NCBI RefSeq assembly: GCF_003018255.1
Contig: NZ_CP027440.1
Length of the DNA stretch: 64,000 nt
DNA from: Escherichia coli
GTDB taxonomy: Bacteria > Pseudomonadota > Gammaproteobacteria > Enterobacterales > Enterobacteriaceae
Strand: one strand, 5' to 3'
Part shown: in pieces, positions 9,092 through 18,859 of the stretch
How the letters are laid out: each line of letters starts with the position of its first letter
Numbering within the stretch: the first letter of the stretch is position 1
The notes under the pieces: generated by a model
Database searches by the model: none
Seen by the model: the letters and a program-made list of their open reading frames with translations, nothing else
What the model was told of the DNA's origin: nothing
Program-made: the position numbers and the translations under genes

Positions 9092-10060
9092 ATGGAGAAT
9101 GTTCGGTTCTTGCAAGGAGTGAAACAATATTTTTGTACTAAGGCATTAGATGTCATTCTGCTAATTTATCTACTCCTTGGTTTTATACTTCTCCCTTATA
9201 AATATCTGTGGAAAGATATTATTTTATCTCTGTACTTTGTTGGTATTCTTCTTTATGCATTAGTGGAAGAAAATCGCATTGCAGAATATATGGGGTATTT
9301 TGTTAAGTTCAGTAATAAAAACAGGTTGAATAGTTGTGCTGCCTGGTGTTCACTTATTGCATGGTTTATATTTTTGTTTTTTGTGCTTTCAATTAATATT
9401 TTTCCAGTCAGTGCCTCTGTATATATTTTTAGTGCTTTTTCATTATTTGTTTTTCTGGGGGGTATTTTTATTATATTAGAGTTAGAGTTTAAAGAAAATA
9501 AAAAATTAATGATTATTAGGTCTGTGACTATAGCAGTCATGCCAATTATATATTTATTCACAAGTAGTTATGCTTCCAGTTTATTTTTAAGTTTGAGTAA
9601 TCTAAACATTACGCTAACTCCATGGGTTGAGTATTTCTGGAAAGGGATGGTTTTTATGTTGCTTTTCTTCATGTTAATGCAACTTATTATCTATTTTGCT
9701 TTTTTAACTCTGGGGACTAAATTAAGTGTGTATAGGTTGTTTATACTTGCCGGAGCATTTGTAGTATCTACTTTTTTAGTGGCTTTTGCTTTAAAAAATG
9801 TAGAAGGTATTTCGTACTACGTTTTAAAAAGCACCATAGATTTTGAATGGCGTAATCAGATTAAATGTGGCCAGTTGAATATTTCACGTTCGAATGAAAA
9901 GTATTTTGGGTTTAATACTGATAAATATACTGTATTTTATTCCGGCAGAGATGGTAAATGGGGCTTTGATGAGTTGAAATGTAAGAAAGGTTCTGACAGG
10001 AGAGATGCATATTCTATTGAGAATGTCTCAGAATATAACGTGCCTGGATGGCTGAAATAA
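9092..10060 (+). CDS. Hypothetical polytopic membrane protein (about 7 TM helices plus 80-aa hydrophilic C-terminal domain), very AT-rich gene
   Basis: Long ORF in AT-rich DNA; ATG at 9092 preceded by AAGGA (the ORF track begins at a TTG at 9059); hydrophobic segments throughout; lies where K-12 has mrr; I recognise no family. Confidence 0.55.
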   Translation: MENVRFLQGVKQYFCTKALDVILLIYLLLGFILLPYKYLWKDIILSLYFVGILLYALVEENRIAEYMGYFVKFSNKNRLNSCAAWCSLIAWFIFLFFVLSINIFPVSASVYIFSAFSLFVFLGGIFIILELEFKENKKLMIIRSVTIAVMPIIYLFTSSYASSLFLSLSNLNITLTPWVEYFWKGMVFMLLFFMLMQLIIYFAFLTLGTKLSVYRLFILAGAFVVSTFLVAFALKNVEGISYYVLKSTIDFEWRNQIKCGQLNISRSNEKYFGFNTDKYTVFYSGRDGKWGFDELKCKKGSDRRDAYSIENVSEYNVPGWLK

Positions 10061-10377
10061 GTCATCTTTATAAATTATATAGTAAAGGTTCTGGTCATAA
10101 ACGAGCATAGTTAAACATAAACGGGGCATACTCCACACACTTGATGTGCAGCAAGAAGTTGAACTCATGGCTTTGGTTAATAAATCTGACGAAGATATTG
10201 ATTACAGCGACATTCCTGCGTCTGGTAGCGAAGCATGGGCTGACGCCACACGCGGCAATTTTTTGCCAGATCCAGGTATTCACGCGCAATAAAACTTAGC
10301 GGAGGGGAGCACGTCGTTCTGTTTCCCCCTCACTGCTAAGTGGGGCATTGGGTTGCTTTACACTCAACCTTTTACGA

Positions 10378-11334
10378 TTATTTCCTCAACCCCGCAAACG
10401 CCGCCCGAATCTTATCCTCCGGCAGCTGAATCCCGATAAACACCATTGTGCTATGCGGTGTTTCATCGCCCCACGGGCGGTCCCAGTCGGCGCTGTAGAG
10501 GCGTTGGACGCCCTGGAACAGCAGGCGGCTAGGTTCGCCGTCAATCCACAGCATCCCTTTGTAACGCAGTAGTTTATCCGCCGATTCCAGCAGCAGGTTT
10601 TCCATCACGCGGGAAACTTCGCTGATATCTACCGGGTAATCCAGTTCCACCACAATCGACGAAATATCGTTTTGTTTATCCGCGATAAAGTGGAAACGCG
10701 GTTTGGTGCTGACGACGTTTTCTTCCAGCATAAAACCGTTGGTGTTGAACAACAGGCCCAGGTCGATGTCACCGTGGGTGACGGTGTAGACCGGTGCGCG
10801 GGCGTTGATGCGCGCCAGGCGTTCACGCAGTTTCTCTACTTCGCCTGCGACGTCGGTTTTAGTCAGCAGAATACGGTCAGCGTAGCCCACCTGGGACTGG
10901 GCGATGGTGAACTGGTTCATCTGCTCATCGGCATGTACCGCATCCACCAGCGCAATCACGCCATCCAGCAGGTAACGCTGGCATAAAATCTCATGGGAGA
11001 AAAAGGTCTGAATAATCGGGCCGGGATCGGCCATGCCGGTGCATTCAATGACCAGACGGTCGAACTGAATATTGCCCTTGTCGAGATTGTCCAGCAGGTC
11101 GAGTAGCGCGTCCTCCAGCTCGTTGGAGCGCGAACAGCAGATGCAGCCGTTGGTCAGCGTTTTGATCTGCGTGGCGCGGTCGCCAATCAGTTGATCATCA
11201 ACGGAGACTTCGCCGAATTCGTTTTCAATCACGGCAATTTTGTAGCCGTGCTGTTCATTAAGAATATGGCGCAGCAGGGTGGTTTTGCCCGCGCCTAAAA
11301 AACCGGTGAGTAGGGTAACTGCAATCGGGTTCAT
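10378..11334 (-). CDS. yjiA: CobW/P47K-family GTPase (zinc chaperone-like) YjiA
   Basis: MNPIAVTLLTGFLGAGKTTLLRHIL (P-loop) from ATG at 11332-11334; the ORF-track N-terminal extension is not used. Confidence 0.9.
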   Translation of the reverse strand: MNPIAVTLLTGFLGAGKTTLLRHILNEQHGYKIAVIENEFGEVSVDDQLIGDRATQIKTLTNGCICCSRSNELEDALLDLLDNLDKGNIQFDRLVIECTGMADPGPIIQTFFSHEILCQRYLLDGVIALVDAVHADEQMNQFTIAQSQVGYADRILLTKTDVAGEVEKLRERLARINARAPVYTVTHGDIDLGLLFNTNGFMLEENVVSTKPRFHFIADKQNDISSIVVELDYPVDISEVSRVMENLLLESADKLLRYKGMLWIDGEPSRLLFQGVQRLYSADWDRPWGDETPHSTMVFIGIQLPEDKIRAAFAGLRK

Positions 11335-11344
11335 GCTCTCTCCA

Positions 11345-11548
11345 TTAACAACAGCGCATACCGCCTTTACCATCGCCGCCGTAGCGCGCGTTCTGGCGTT
11401 CGCGGAAGAATTCTTCATAGCTCATGTACGGCTTGTCGGGATGGTTGGTCTTCATATGCTCGACGTAGTTGTCGTAGTCTGGAATGCCAATCAACATCTT
11501 CGCCGCCTGGCCGAGATATTTTTTTGCCTGTCCTAAGTTACCAAACAT
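11345..11548 (-). CDS. yjiX: DUF466 small protein YjiX
   Basis: 67-aa [51 protein letters not shown]..., conserved partner of btsT. Confidence 0.85.
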
Positions 11549-11597
11549 AGTTCACTCTGATAAGAACAAAGCCCCGCCGAAGCGGGGCTAAACACGG

Positions 11598-13748
11598 TTA
11601 GTGGTGCGAAGAGATCTTCACGCCGCCTTCCGGGATTGGAACGTACGGAGTTTCTTTGTCAGTACGTTTGTCGCTGTTACGCACCGCAAGCCAGGTTTTG
11701 AAACCGTAGAAGATGATGCTGTACACCACAATCAGGAACAGAATACTCAGACCCGCGTTAGTGTAGTTGTTCACAACGATGTGGTTCATGTTGGCAATCT
11801 GCTGTGCCGTCAGGTCAGTACCGTTAGCAATCTTCTCTTTGTACTGGCTTGCCATGTAGAAGAAGCCTTCCATCTGCGGGTTGGTGCTGAACAGTTTCAG
11901 GCCCAGCGCCCAGGTGGTGCAGATAAGCAGCCATACAGCCGGAACAACAGTTACCCAGATGTATTGGGTGCGCTTCATCTTAATCAGCACAACGGTGCCC
12001 AGTACCAGTGCTACGGCTGCCAGCATCTGGTTGGAAATACCGAACAGCGGCCACAGGCTCTTAACGCCGCCCAGCGGATCGACCACGCCCTGATACAGCA
12101 GGTAGCCCCACAGACCCACACAGCCCGCAGTACCGATGATACCAGCAACCAGAGAGTCGGTTTTTTTCAGGAACGGGATGAAGTTACCCAGCAGGTCTTG
12201 CAGCATAAAGCGGCCAGAACGGGTACCCGCATCCAGCGCGGTCAGGATGAACAGGGCTTCGAACAGAATACCGAAGTGATACCAGAAGCCCATGTCAGCC
12301 ATCGGCAGCACTTTGTGGAACACGTGCGCGATACCTACCGCCAGCGTCGGCGCACCACCTGCACGGTTCAGGACAGAAGGTTCACCAATGTCTTTCGCGG
12401 TTTGCAGGATCTGCTCTGGCGAAATCACGAAGCCCCAGGAGCTGACGGTCGCCGCCGCGTGTGCGGTAACGTCTTTCAACTGCGCCATGATGATCGGCGC
12501 GTTCTCGCCACCCATTTCATGCAGGTTAGGCATGGTGATGCCAAGGCCAGCAGGCGGGGTGTTCATCGCGAAGTAAAGACCCGGTTCGATGATGGACGCA
12601 GCAACCAGCGCCATAATCGCCACGAAGGACTCCATCAGCATTGCGCCGTAGCCAATGAAACGCGCGTCGGTTTCGTTAGCCAGCAGTTTCGGCGTCGTAC
12701 CGGAAGAGATCAGCGCGTGGAAGCCAGATACCGCACCACAGGCGATGGTGATGAACAGGAACGGGAACAGAGCGCCTTTCCACAGCGGGCCAGTACCGTC
12801 AATGTACTGGGTCATCGCAGGCATTTTCAGTTCCGGGTTCAGCACCACGATACCCAGCGCCAGGCCGACGATAACGCCGATTTTCAGGAAGGTTGCCAGA
12901 TAGTCGCGTGGTGCGAGGATCAGCCACACCGGCAGCAGCGCGGAAACAAACGCATAGCCAATCAGCGCGAAGGTAATGGTGGTGTCTTTAAAGGTCAGTG
13001 CCGGACCCCAGTACGGATCGTGAGCAATCACGCCACCGAAGTAGATAGAGGCAACCAGCAGCACGATACCAATGACAGAGACTTCACCCACACGCCCCGG
13101 ACGAATAAAGCGCATGTAGATACCCATAAACAGCGCAATCGGTACGGTTGAGCAAACGGTGAAGACACCCCACGGACTTTCGGCCAGGGCTTTAACCACA
13201 ATCAGCGCCAGGACGGCGAGGATGATGATCATGATTAAGAAACAGCCAAACAGCGCGATAGTCCCCGGTACTGGCCCCATCTCTTCTTTGATCATCTCAC
13301 CAAGAGATGCGCCATTACGGCGAGAGGAGATAAACAGCACCATAAAGTCCTGAACCGCACCGGCCAGCACGACCCCCGCCAGCAGCCACAGCGTGCCAGG
13401 CAGGTAGCCCATCTGCGCGGCGAGAACCGGACCCACCAGCGGACCTGCACCGGCGATAGCGGCGAAGTGGTGACCAAACAACACGTAACGGTTGGTCGGA
13501 ACGTAGTTCAGACCGTCGTTGTTAATAACCGCAGGCGTCGCGCGCGTGGGGTCGAGTTTCATCACCTTCTGGGCGATGTACAGACTGTAGTAGCGATAAG
13601 CCACCAGATACACCGACACAGAGGCGACCACGATCCACAGGGCGCTGACGTGCTCCCCCCGACGTAATGCAACTACCGCGAGGCAGAATGCACCGATGAT
13701 TCCGAGAATCACCCAGGGTATGTGCTTGAATATCTTTTTAGTATCCAT
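11598..13748 (-). CDS. btsT: CstA-family pyruvate/H+ symporter BtsT (YjiY), 716 aa
   Basis: MDTKKIFKHIPWVILGIIGAF... from ATG at 13746-13748; polytopic CstA-like protein. Confidence 0.9.
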   Translation of the reverse strand: MDTKKIFKHIPWVILGIIGAFCLAVVALRRGEHVSALWIVVASVSVYLVAYRYYSLYIAQKVMKLDPTRATPAVINNDGLNYVPTNRYVLFGHHFAAIAGAGPLVGPVLAAQMGYLPGTLWLLAGVVLAGAVQDFMVLFISSRRNGASLGEMIKEEMGPVPGTIALFGCFLIMIIILAVLALIVVKALAESPWGVFTVCSTVPIALFMGIYMRFIRPGRVGEVSVIGIVLLVASIYFGGVIAHDPYWGPALTFKDTTITFALIGYAFVSALLPVWLILAPRDYLATFLKIGVIVGLALGIVVLNPELKMPAMTQYIDGTGPLWKGALFPFLFITIACGAVSGFHALISSGTTPKLLANETDARFIGYGAMLMESFVAIMALVAASIIEPGLYFAMNTPPAGLGITMPNLHEMGGENAPIIMAQLKDVTAHAAATVSSWGFVISPEQILQTAKDIGEPSVLNRAGGAPTLAVGIAHVFHKVLPMADMGFWYHFGILFEALFILTALDAGTRSGRFMLQDLLGNFIPFLKKTDSLVAGIIGTAGCVGLWGYLLYQGVVDPLGGVKSLWPLFGISNQMLAAVALVLGTVVLIKMKRTQYIWVTVVPAVWLLICTTWALGLKLFSTNPQMEGFFYMASQYKEKIANGTDLTAQQIANMNHIVVNNYTNAGLSILFLIVVYSIIFYGFKTWLAVRNSDKRTDKETPYVPIPEGGVKISSHH

Positions 13749-13976
13749 AGTAAAACCTGGCATGTATTGATTAATAGTTGGCCGAAGCCGTTCTAGGTTT
13801 GCGTTGCGTTTGAGGAGGTAAATTGACCGCTATCCTGCAGTGATGTTGCCAGAGTTACGCGCGCGTAAAGTAAGGTAAATAACTGAGTGGTTATTTTAGG
13901 GACGTAAGCGGTCAGGAATGGCGGTGAGCGGTTGGGCAAGAATTATTCGTCGGGTGGATATGTGATTGAGATCACA

Positions 13977-14011
13977 ATAAAAATGCCCCTTCGATAATTA
14001 ACCGAAGGGGC
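13977..14011 (-). terminator. Rho-independent terminator after the D-serine-dehydratase-like gene
   Basis: 9-bp GC-rich stem GCCCCTTCG/CGAAGGGGC with 9-nt loop immediately after the stop at 14016, followed on the minus strand by a U-run (plus-strand A-run 13977-13983). Confidence 0.5.
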
Positions 14012-14015
14012 GTTC

Positions 14016-15236
14016 TTAGAAGAGAGTGTCTAATTCTGCCAGTACGTTGTAGTCGTCATCAGTCAATAACAACGTTTTCCATTTGTCGAAGGTCAGGCAC
14101 GGATGCGATGTGCCAAACACCAGAATATCCCCCACTTGCACGTCGCTATTAGCTGACAGTTGCAACATGCAGTGCTGATCCATAATACCTGTACTGCGAA
14201 TCGCCTGTGGATCAAATGCCAGTGATTTGCCGTTGCGGTAGTGGGCGACTGGTTGCGGCAGTCCGGCGTCGAAGGCGCAATCACGCTTACCAAAATTTAC
14301 CACCGCACGATCAGCTTCCGGCACCGATTGCACCATGGCGACCAGTTCCAGCGCAGATGTGAGATCGCCTGCCAGATCGCAGGCCACAGGATCACGGGCA
14401 AGCAACTGTTGTTGTGCCGCGTCGTAGATCCCGGTGTCGTGAGTGATGTAGCAGCCAGGGCGAATAACAATGCGGCAGTTATCAGGCTTTTCTGCCGCCA
14501 GCCAGATATTGCACACCACGTCATACCAGACCGTGCCTGCTCCGGTGAGAATAAACTCGCCATCAACCAGACTTGCCATATCACAGGCCAGTTGTGCGGC
14601 ATCCCGCAGCAGAGCTTCTACCTGCGGTTGTGGATCGTCACCGTGTAAAACGCCTTCATATAACTCAAGCCCCCGCAGGCGTAACCCCGGTAATTGGGCT
14701 GCCTGTTTAGCCAGTGTCAGTGCGGCATCCCTTGAGCGGCAACCACAGCGCCCGCCGGGGACACCCAACTCAATCATCACGTTCAGTGTCTGTTGCTGAC
14801 TGGCAAAAAAGGCAGACAAAGCGCGGGCGTTCTCAATGCTGTCGATACAGCAGATAAAATCGACCGTCGGGTAATGTCGTTGCAACTGGGCAATCAACTG
14901 CATATTCGCCTTGCCGACCAGCTGGTTAACCATCAGCACTCGCTGAATACCGCTCGCCATTGCCGCACCAGCCTGCCATGCGCTACCGACACCTATTGCC
15001 CAGGCGCCTGCCGCCTGCTGCGCCTGAAAAATCCACGGCGTCATGGTGGTTTTACCGTGCGGTGCCAGCGAAACGCCGCGCGCGTCAGCATAACGCTGCA
15101 TCCACGTAATGTTGTTCTCCAGGGCCTGCTTTTTAATGATCGCGGCAGGTAAACAGACATCTTCGGCAAGGAGATTTGCGGGCATTTGCATCAGGGCAGA
15201 TTTATGGGGAACCAGAGGTTCTGAGTGGTATTTCAT
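14016..15236 (-). CDS. PLP-dependent D-serine dehydratase-like enzyme (DSD1 / alanine-racemase-fold; D-Ser/D-Thr dehydratase or aldolase family), 406 aa
   Basis: N-terminal alanine-racemase-like domain with HGKT lysine motif (APHGKTTM), matching the HxKT signature of DSD1-type enzymes; accessory gene between btsT and tsr. Confidence 0.75.
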   Translation of the reverse strand: MKYHSEPLVPHKSALMQMPANLLAEDVCLPAAIIKKQALENNITWMQRYADARGVSLAPHGKTTMTPWIFQAQQAAGAWAIGVGSAWQAGAAMASGIQRVLMVNQLVGKANMQLIAQLQRHYPTVDFICCIDSIENARALSAFFASQQQTLNVMIELGVPGGRCGCRSRDAALTLAKQAAQLPGLRLRGLELYEGVLHGDDPQPQVEALLRDAAQLACDMASLVDGEFILTGAGTVWYDVVCNIWLAAEKPDNCRIVIRPGCYITHDTGIYDAAQQQLLARDPVACDLAGDLTSALELVAMVQSVPEADRAVVNFGKRDCAFDAGLPQPVAHYRNGKSLAFDPQAIRSTGIMDQHCMLQLSANSDVQVGDILVFGTSHPCLTFDKWKTLLLTDDDYNVLAELDTLF

Positions 15237-15436
15237 AACATTTACCTTTTAAGTTTTTCACCGTATCGGATGTGAGTATCACTTGTAACTAAATGAAATA
15301 TAAATATTTAGTTTATTTATCTTATTATTTATGAATAAAAGTATCATAAAATCATCTGGGTTTTGCGTAGTTTTCCACTGTTTTTCGTCCTTGTAAATGG
15401 TTAACTTGTCACCATTGCAGAAATGGAGTGACGAAC

Positions 15437-16879
15437 ATGCAGGTTGACTGGTTAATCAAAAATGTGACCGTTATCGACGGTAGCGGCGGCCCTGAATTTC
15501 GCGGTGACGTGGCAATAACAGGTGATCGGATTGTCGATATTGCCCCTGCGCTTAACGTTACGGCGCAGCAGGTCATTGACGGGGAAGGGCGGGTGCTGGC
15601 ACCCGGGTTTATCGACGTTCATACCCATGACGATATCAACGTTATTCGCATCCCGGAATATCTGCCAAAGATCAGCCAGGGGATCACTACGGTGATTGTC
15701 GGTAACTGCGGGATTAGTGCGGCGTCGGCGAAAATGAAAGGTGAAGTTCCTGACCCGATGAATCTGTTGGGGGAAGCAGAGCACTTTATTTATCCTACCG
15801 TTGAAAGCTATGCCCAGGCAGTGGAAGCAGCCAGGCCGTCACTGAACGTTGGCACGCTGATTGGTCATACGGCGCTGCGTAATAACCATATGGACGACCT
15901 GTTTCGCCCGGCGACGGTGGATGAAATTGCCGCTATGCGTGCCGACTTACGTCTGGCGTTGAGTCAGGGGGCGCTGGGGTTAAGTTCCGGGCTGGCCTAT
16001 GCAACGGCATTTCAGGCGACTACCGAAGAAGTCATGGCGCTGGCGGAAGAATTAGCCGGTGAGAAGGGCGTTTATACCACCCATCTGCGTTCTGAATTTG
16101 AACCGATTCTCGATGCCCTGGATGAGGCGTTTCGTATTGGGCGTCATGGCAAAGTGCCTGTCGTGGTTTCCCACCATAAATGTGCCGGGGCGAAAAACTG
16201 GGGGCGGACAAAAGAAACGTTGGCCTTTTTTGACCAAATGCGTCAACACCAGGAAATTGGCTGCGATGTCTACCCTTACTCAGCCAGCTCTTCAACGCTG
16301 GATCTCAAACAAGTCACCGACGAATTCGATATTGTGATCACCTGGTCACAAACACATCCGCAGCAGGCCGGGAAAACACTGGCGCAAATCGCCATCGACT
16401 GGCAGATGAGTATGCTGGAGGCCGCGAAGCTGCTAATGCCTGCCGGGGCTATCTATTACAACATGGACGAGCGCGACGTCCGCCGAGTGTTGAGTTATCC
16501 GGTCAGTATGATTGGCTCTGACGGCCTGCCCAATGATCCCATGCCGCATCCACGTTTATGGGGCGCCTTCCCTCGCGTGCTGGGCCACTATTGCCGTGAT
16601 GAAGGCTTATTCCCACTGACCACGGCTATCCACAAAATGACCGGGCTTTCTGCCAGCCGTTTTCGCCTGCCCCAGCGTGGACTGGTGAAAGTCGGTTATT
16701 TTGCGGACCTGGTGTTGTTCGATCCACAAACCATTCGTGATGTTGCCAGCTTTTCTGATCCCAAACGCCCGGCAGATGGCATTGAGGCGGTGATGGTGAA
16801 CGGCGTTATGAGCTATGGTCCCGATAAACATATTACAGGCCGTGCGGGACGCTTCCTGCGCCGGCAGACCTCACATTAA
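15437..16879 (+). CDS. N-acyl-D-amino-acid deacylase (D-aminoacylase) family amidohydrolase
   Basis: MQVDWLIKNVTVIDGSGGPEFRGDVAITGDRIVDIA...APGFIDVHTHDD (metal-binding HxH); ATG at 15437 with GGAG upstream (the ORF track starts at a GTG at 15428). Confidence 0.8.
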   Translation: MQVDWLIKNVTVIDGSGGPEFRGDVAITGDRIVDIAPALNVTAQQVIDGEGRVLAPGFIDVHTHDDINVIRIPEYLPKISQGITTVIVGNCGISAASAKMKGEVPDPMNLLGEAEHFIYPTVESYAQAVEAARPSLNVGTLIGHTALRNNHMDDLFRPATVDEIAAMRADLRLALSQGALGLSSGLAYATAFQATTEEVMALAEELAGEKGVYTTHLRSEFEPILDALDEAFRIGRHGKVPVVVSHHKCAGAKNWGRTKETLAFFDQMRQHQEIGCDVYPYSASSSTLDLKQVTDEFDIVITWSQTHPQQAGKTLAQIAIDWQMSMLEAAKLLMPAGAIYYNMDERDVRRVLSYPVSMIGSDGLPNDPMPHPRLWGAFPRVLGHYCRDEGLFPLTTAIHKMTGLSASRFRLPQRGLVKVGYFADLVLFDPQTIRDVASFSDPKRPADGIEAVMVNGVMSYGPDKHITGRAGRFLRRQTSH

Positions 16880-16888
16880 GGAGTGAAT

Positions 16889-17278
16889 ATGAGCATTAAA
16901 CGTTACGGTACGGAAGGTGGAACAGGCACTGGCGGGCAGCATTTGCCTTTTGCCAGGGCGGTTGAGGCGGGCGGCTGGCTGTACGTCTCCGGGCAAACAC
17001 CCATGAAAAACGGTGAAGTGGTAGAAGGCGGAATCGTTGAACAGTCACGACTGGCGATCCAAAACTGTGTCGACATCATGACTGAAGCCGGTTATAGCCT
17101 GGCGGATGTGGTTCACGTGAAAGTGATCCTGACCGACGCCCGCTATTTCCAGTCATTTAATAAAGTATTCAGAGAATTTTTTGGCGAGAATCCGCCTGCA
17201 CGTATTTGTTGTGTGGCTGATCTGGTTGTCGATTGTAAAGTCGAAGTCGATGTGACCTGTTATAACGCGACCCGCTAA
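16889..17278 (+). CDS. RidA/YjgF-family reactive enamine/imine deaminase
   Basis: 129-aa YjgF-like protein; strong TAAGGAG Shine-Dalgarno 5 nt before ATG at 16889; begins 10 nt after the aminoacylase stop. Confidence 0.8.
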   Translation: MSIKRYGTEGGTGTGGQHLPFARAVEAGGWLYVSGQTPMKNGEVVEGGIVEQSRLAIQNCVDIMTEAGYSLADVVHVKVILTDARYFQSFNKVFREFFGENPPARICCVADLVVDCKVEVDVTCYNATR

Positions 17279-17380
17279 TAAATTTAAGAATTAAAAAAAC
17301 AGACCGCAATTGAGTGCTGAATACATTCAGCACTCCGGGAACTCTTACATTAATTTCTCTCTACTGGCAGGATGTGAATT

Positions 17381-18850
17381 ATGAACAGTCATATCTTTTT
17401 AGTCGGCTTTATTATTTATGCCATCGCCATGATTTGGCTTGGTTGGTTTGTTTCTCGTAATCAGAAAAGCGGAGAAGATTTTCTGCTGGGCGGGCGTTCG
17501 CTGCCGCTGTTTCTGACGCTGGGGTCAACCGTTGCCACGATGGTTGGCACGGGTTCCAGTATGGGGGCAGTGGGCTTTGGCTACAGCAATGGCTGGGCCG
17601 GAATGCTTTATGGCGTCGGTGGAGCCGTAGGTATATTGCTGGTGGCGTGGCTGTTTGCACCGGTACGTAAATTACGTTTTATGACCATGAGTGAAGAACT
17701 CTCTTATTATACTGGCGGTAGTCATTTAATTAAAAATATTGTCGGCCTGATGATATTTATTGCCTCTATTGGCTGGCTGGGGGCGCATATATTAGGTGGA
17801 AGTATGTATCTTGCCTGGGCGACGGGTATTGATCTTACTGTGGCAAAATTAATTATCGCCTTAGCTTTTGCGATTTATGTTATTATCGGCGGTTATTCGG
17901 CGGTAGTGTGGACAGATACTATTCAGGCCCTAATTCTGTTCTTTGGCTTTATATTAATGGCTATTCTTGCCGTTGTTCACGTTGGCGGCTGGAGTGCGAT
18001 TGAGCAGGCGATGGACCCAAAAGCGATGAGCCTGTTTGCGATTGATAAAATGGGCGTGCTGCCTGCGCTTTCGCTGGCACTGGTTATTGGCGTAGGTGTG
18101 CTGGCAACACCGTCTTATCGCCAGCGTATTTACTCGGGTAAAGATGTTCCCTCTGTACGCCGTTCGTTTGTTATTACTGGGGTGTTATATCTGTTCTTCT
18201 CGATTTTGCCTGCCATTATCGGCATGGCGGCGTTCACCATGAACCCAAATCTGGAAAACAGCAACTACGCCTTCTTGTTCGCGACCAGTTTCTTACCTGC
18301 CATTCTTGGGCTGGTGGTGCTGATTGCCGGGCTTTCAGCCACCATGTCTTCTGCCAGCTCCGATGCCATCGCGGCGGTGGCGATTATGATGCGCGACGTC
18401 TACACCATGATTACCGGCAGAATGCCGCCGGAGGACAAGGCCATTACTTACTCACGCTGGATGTTGACCTTTGTTATTGGCCTGGCGCTGGTCTTTGCTC
18501 TGACCTCTAATGACATCATCAGCTACATTACCAAAATGATTTCGATGCTGATGTCCGGGCTGTTTATCTGCTCGATTCTCGGTCGCTTCTGGCTACGCTT
18601 TAACTGGCAGGGCGCGCTGGCGGTGTTAGTGAGCGGTATGGTGATGTCAATTGTGGTGCTGATGAATGCCGACTGGCTGGCTTACTGGGGTAACCCGTGT
18701 ATTCCGTCAGTGCTGGGCAGCCTGGTCGCTGGCGTACTGGTGACGTTGGTAACGCCAGCAAGTCAGGTCAGCCGGGAAGAAGCTTTGGCGATTATCACCA
18801 ATGAGCGTGAAAACCAGAGTGTCGTGATCACCAAACCTGAAGAAGCATAA
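17381..18850 (+). CDS. Sodium:solute symporter (SSS) family transporter, 489 aa
   Basis: Polytopic protein with SSS-like motifs (FLLGGRSL, GGYSAVVWTDTIQA); preceded by AGGA. Confidence 0.8.
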   Translation: MNSHIFLVGFIIYAIAMIWLGWFVSRNQKSGEDFLLGGRSLPLFLTLGSTVATMVGTGSSMGAVGFGYSNGWAGMLYGVGGAVGILLVAWLFAPVRKLRFMTMSEELSYYTGGSHLIKNIVGLMIFIASIGWLGAHILGGSMYLAWATGIDLTVAKLIIALAFAIYVIIGGYSAVVWTDTIQALILFFGFILMAILAVVHVGGWSAIEQAMDPKAMSLFAIDKMGVLPALSLALVIGVGVLATPSYRQRIYSGKDVPSVRRSFVITGVLYLFFSILPAIIGMAAFTMNPNLENSNYAFLFATSFLPAILGLVVLIAGLSATMSSASSDAIAAVAIMMRDVYTMITGRMPPEDKAITYSRWMLTFVIGLALVFALTSNDIISYITKMISMLMSGLFICSILGRFWLRFNWQGALAVLVSGMVMSIVVLMNADWLAYWGNPCIPSVLGSLVAGVLVTLVTPASQVSREEALAIITNERENQSVVITKPEEA

Positions 18851-18859
18851 CCAACAATG

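Noticed and set aside
9253-9561. 102-aa minus-strand ORF inside the AT-rich membrane-protein gene
   Set aside because: Antisense within AT-rich DNA where random ORFs are frequent; the plus-strand ORF is longer and has a Shine-Dalgarno.
1-10377. Restriction island as an integrated mobile element (genomic island with integrase)
   Set aside because: No integrase, transposase, tRNA attachment site or terminal repeats were seen; the content matches the known allelic variability of this chromosomal locus.
11601-13151. 516-aa plus-strand ORF
   Set aside because: Entirely antisense to btsT; Arg/Gln/His-rich low-complexity translation typical of the reverse frame of a membrane-protein gene; no Shine-Dalgarno.
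13764-14015. BtsR (YehT) direct-repeat binding site upstream of btsT
   Set aside because: Only one ACCGCT-like half-site was found by eye; a second copy at the expected spacing could not be confirmed.
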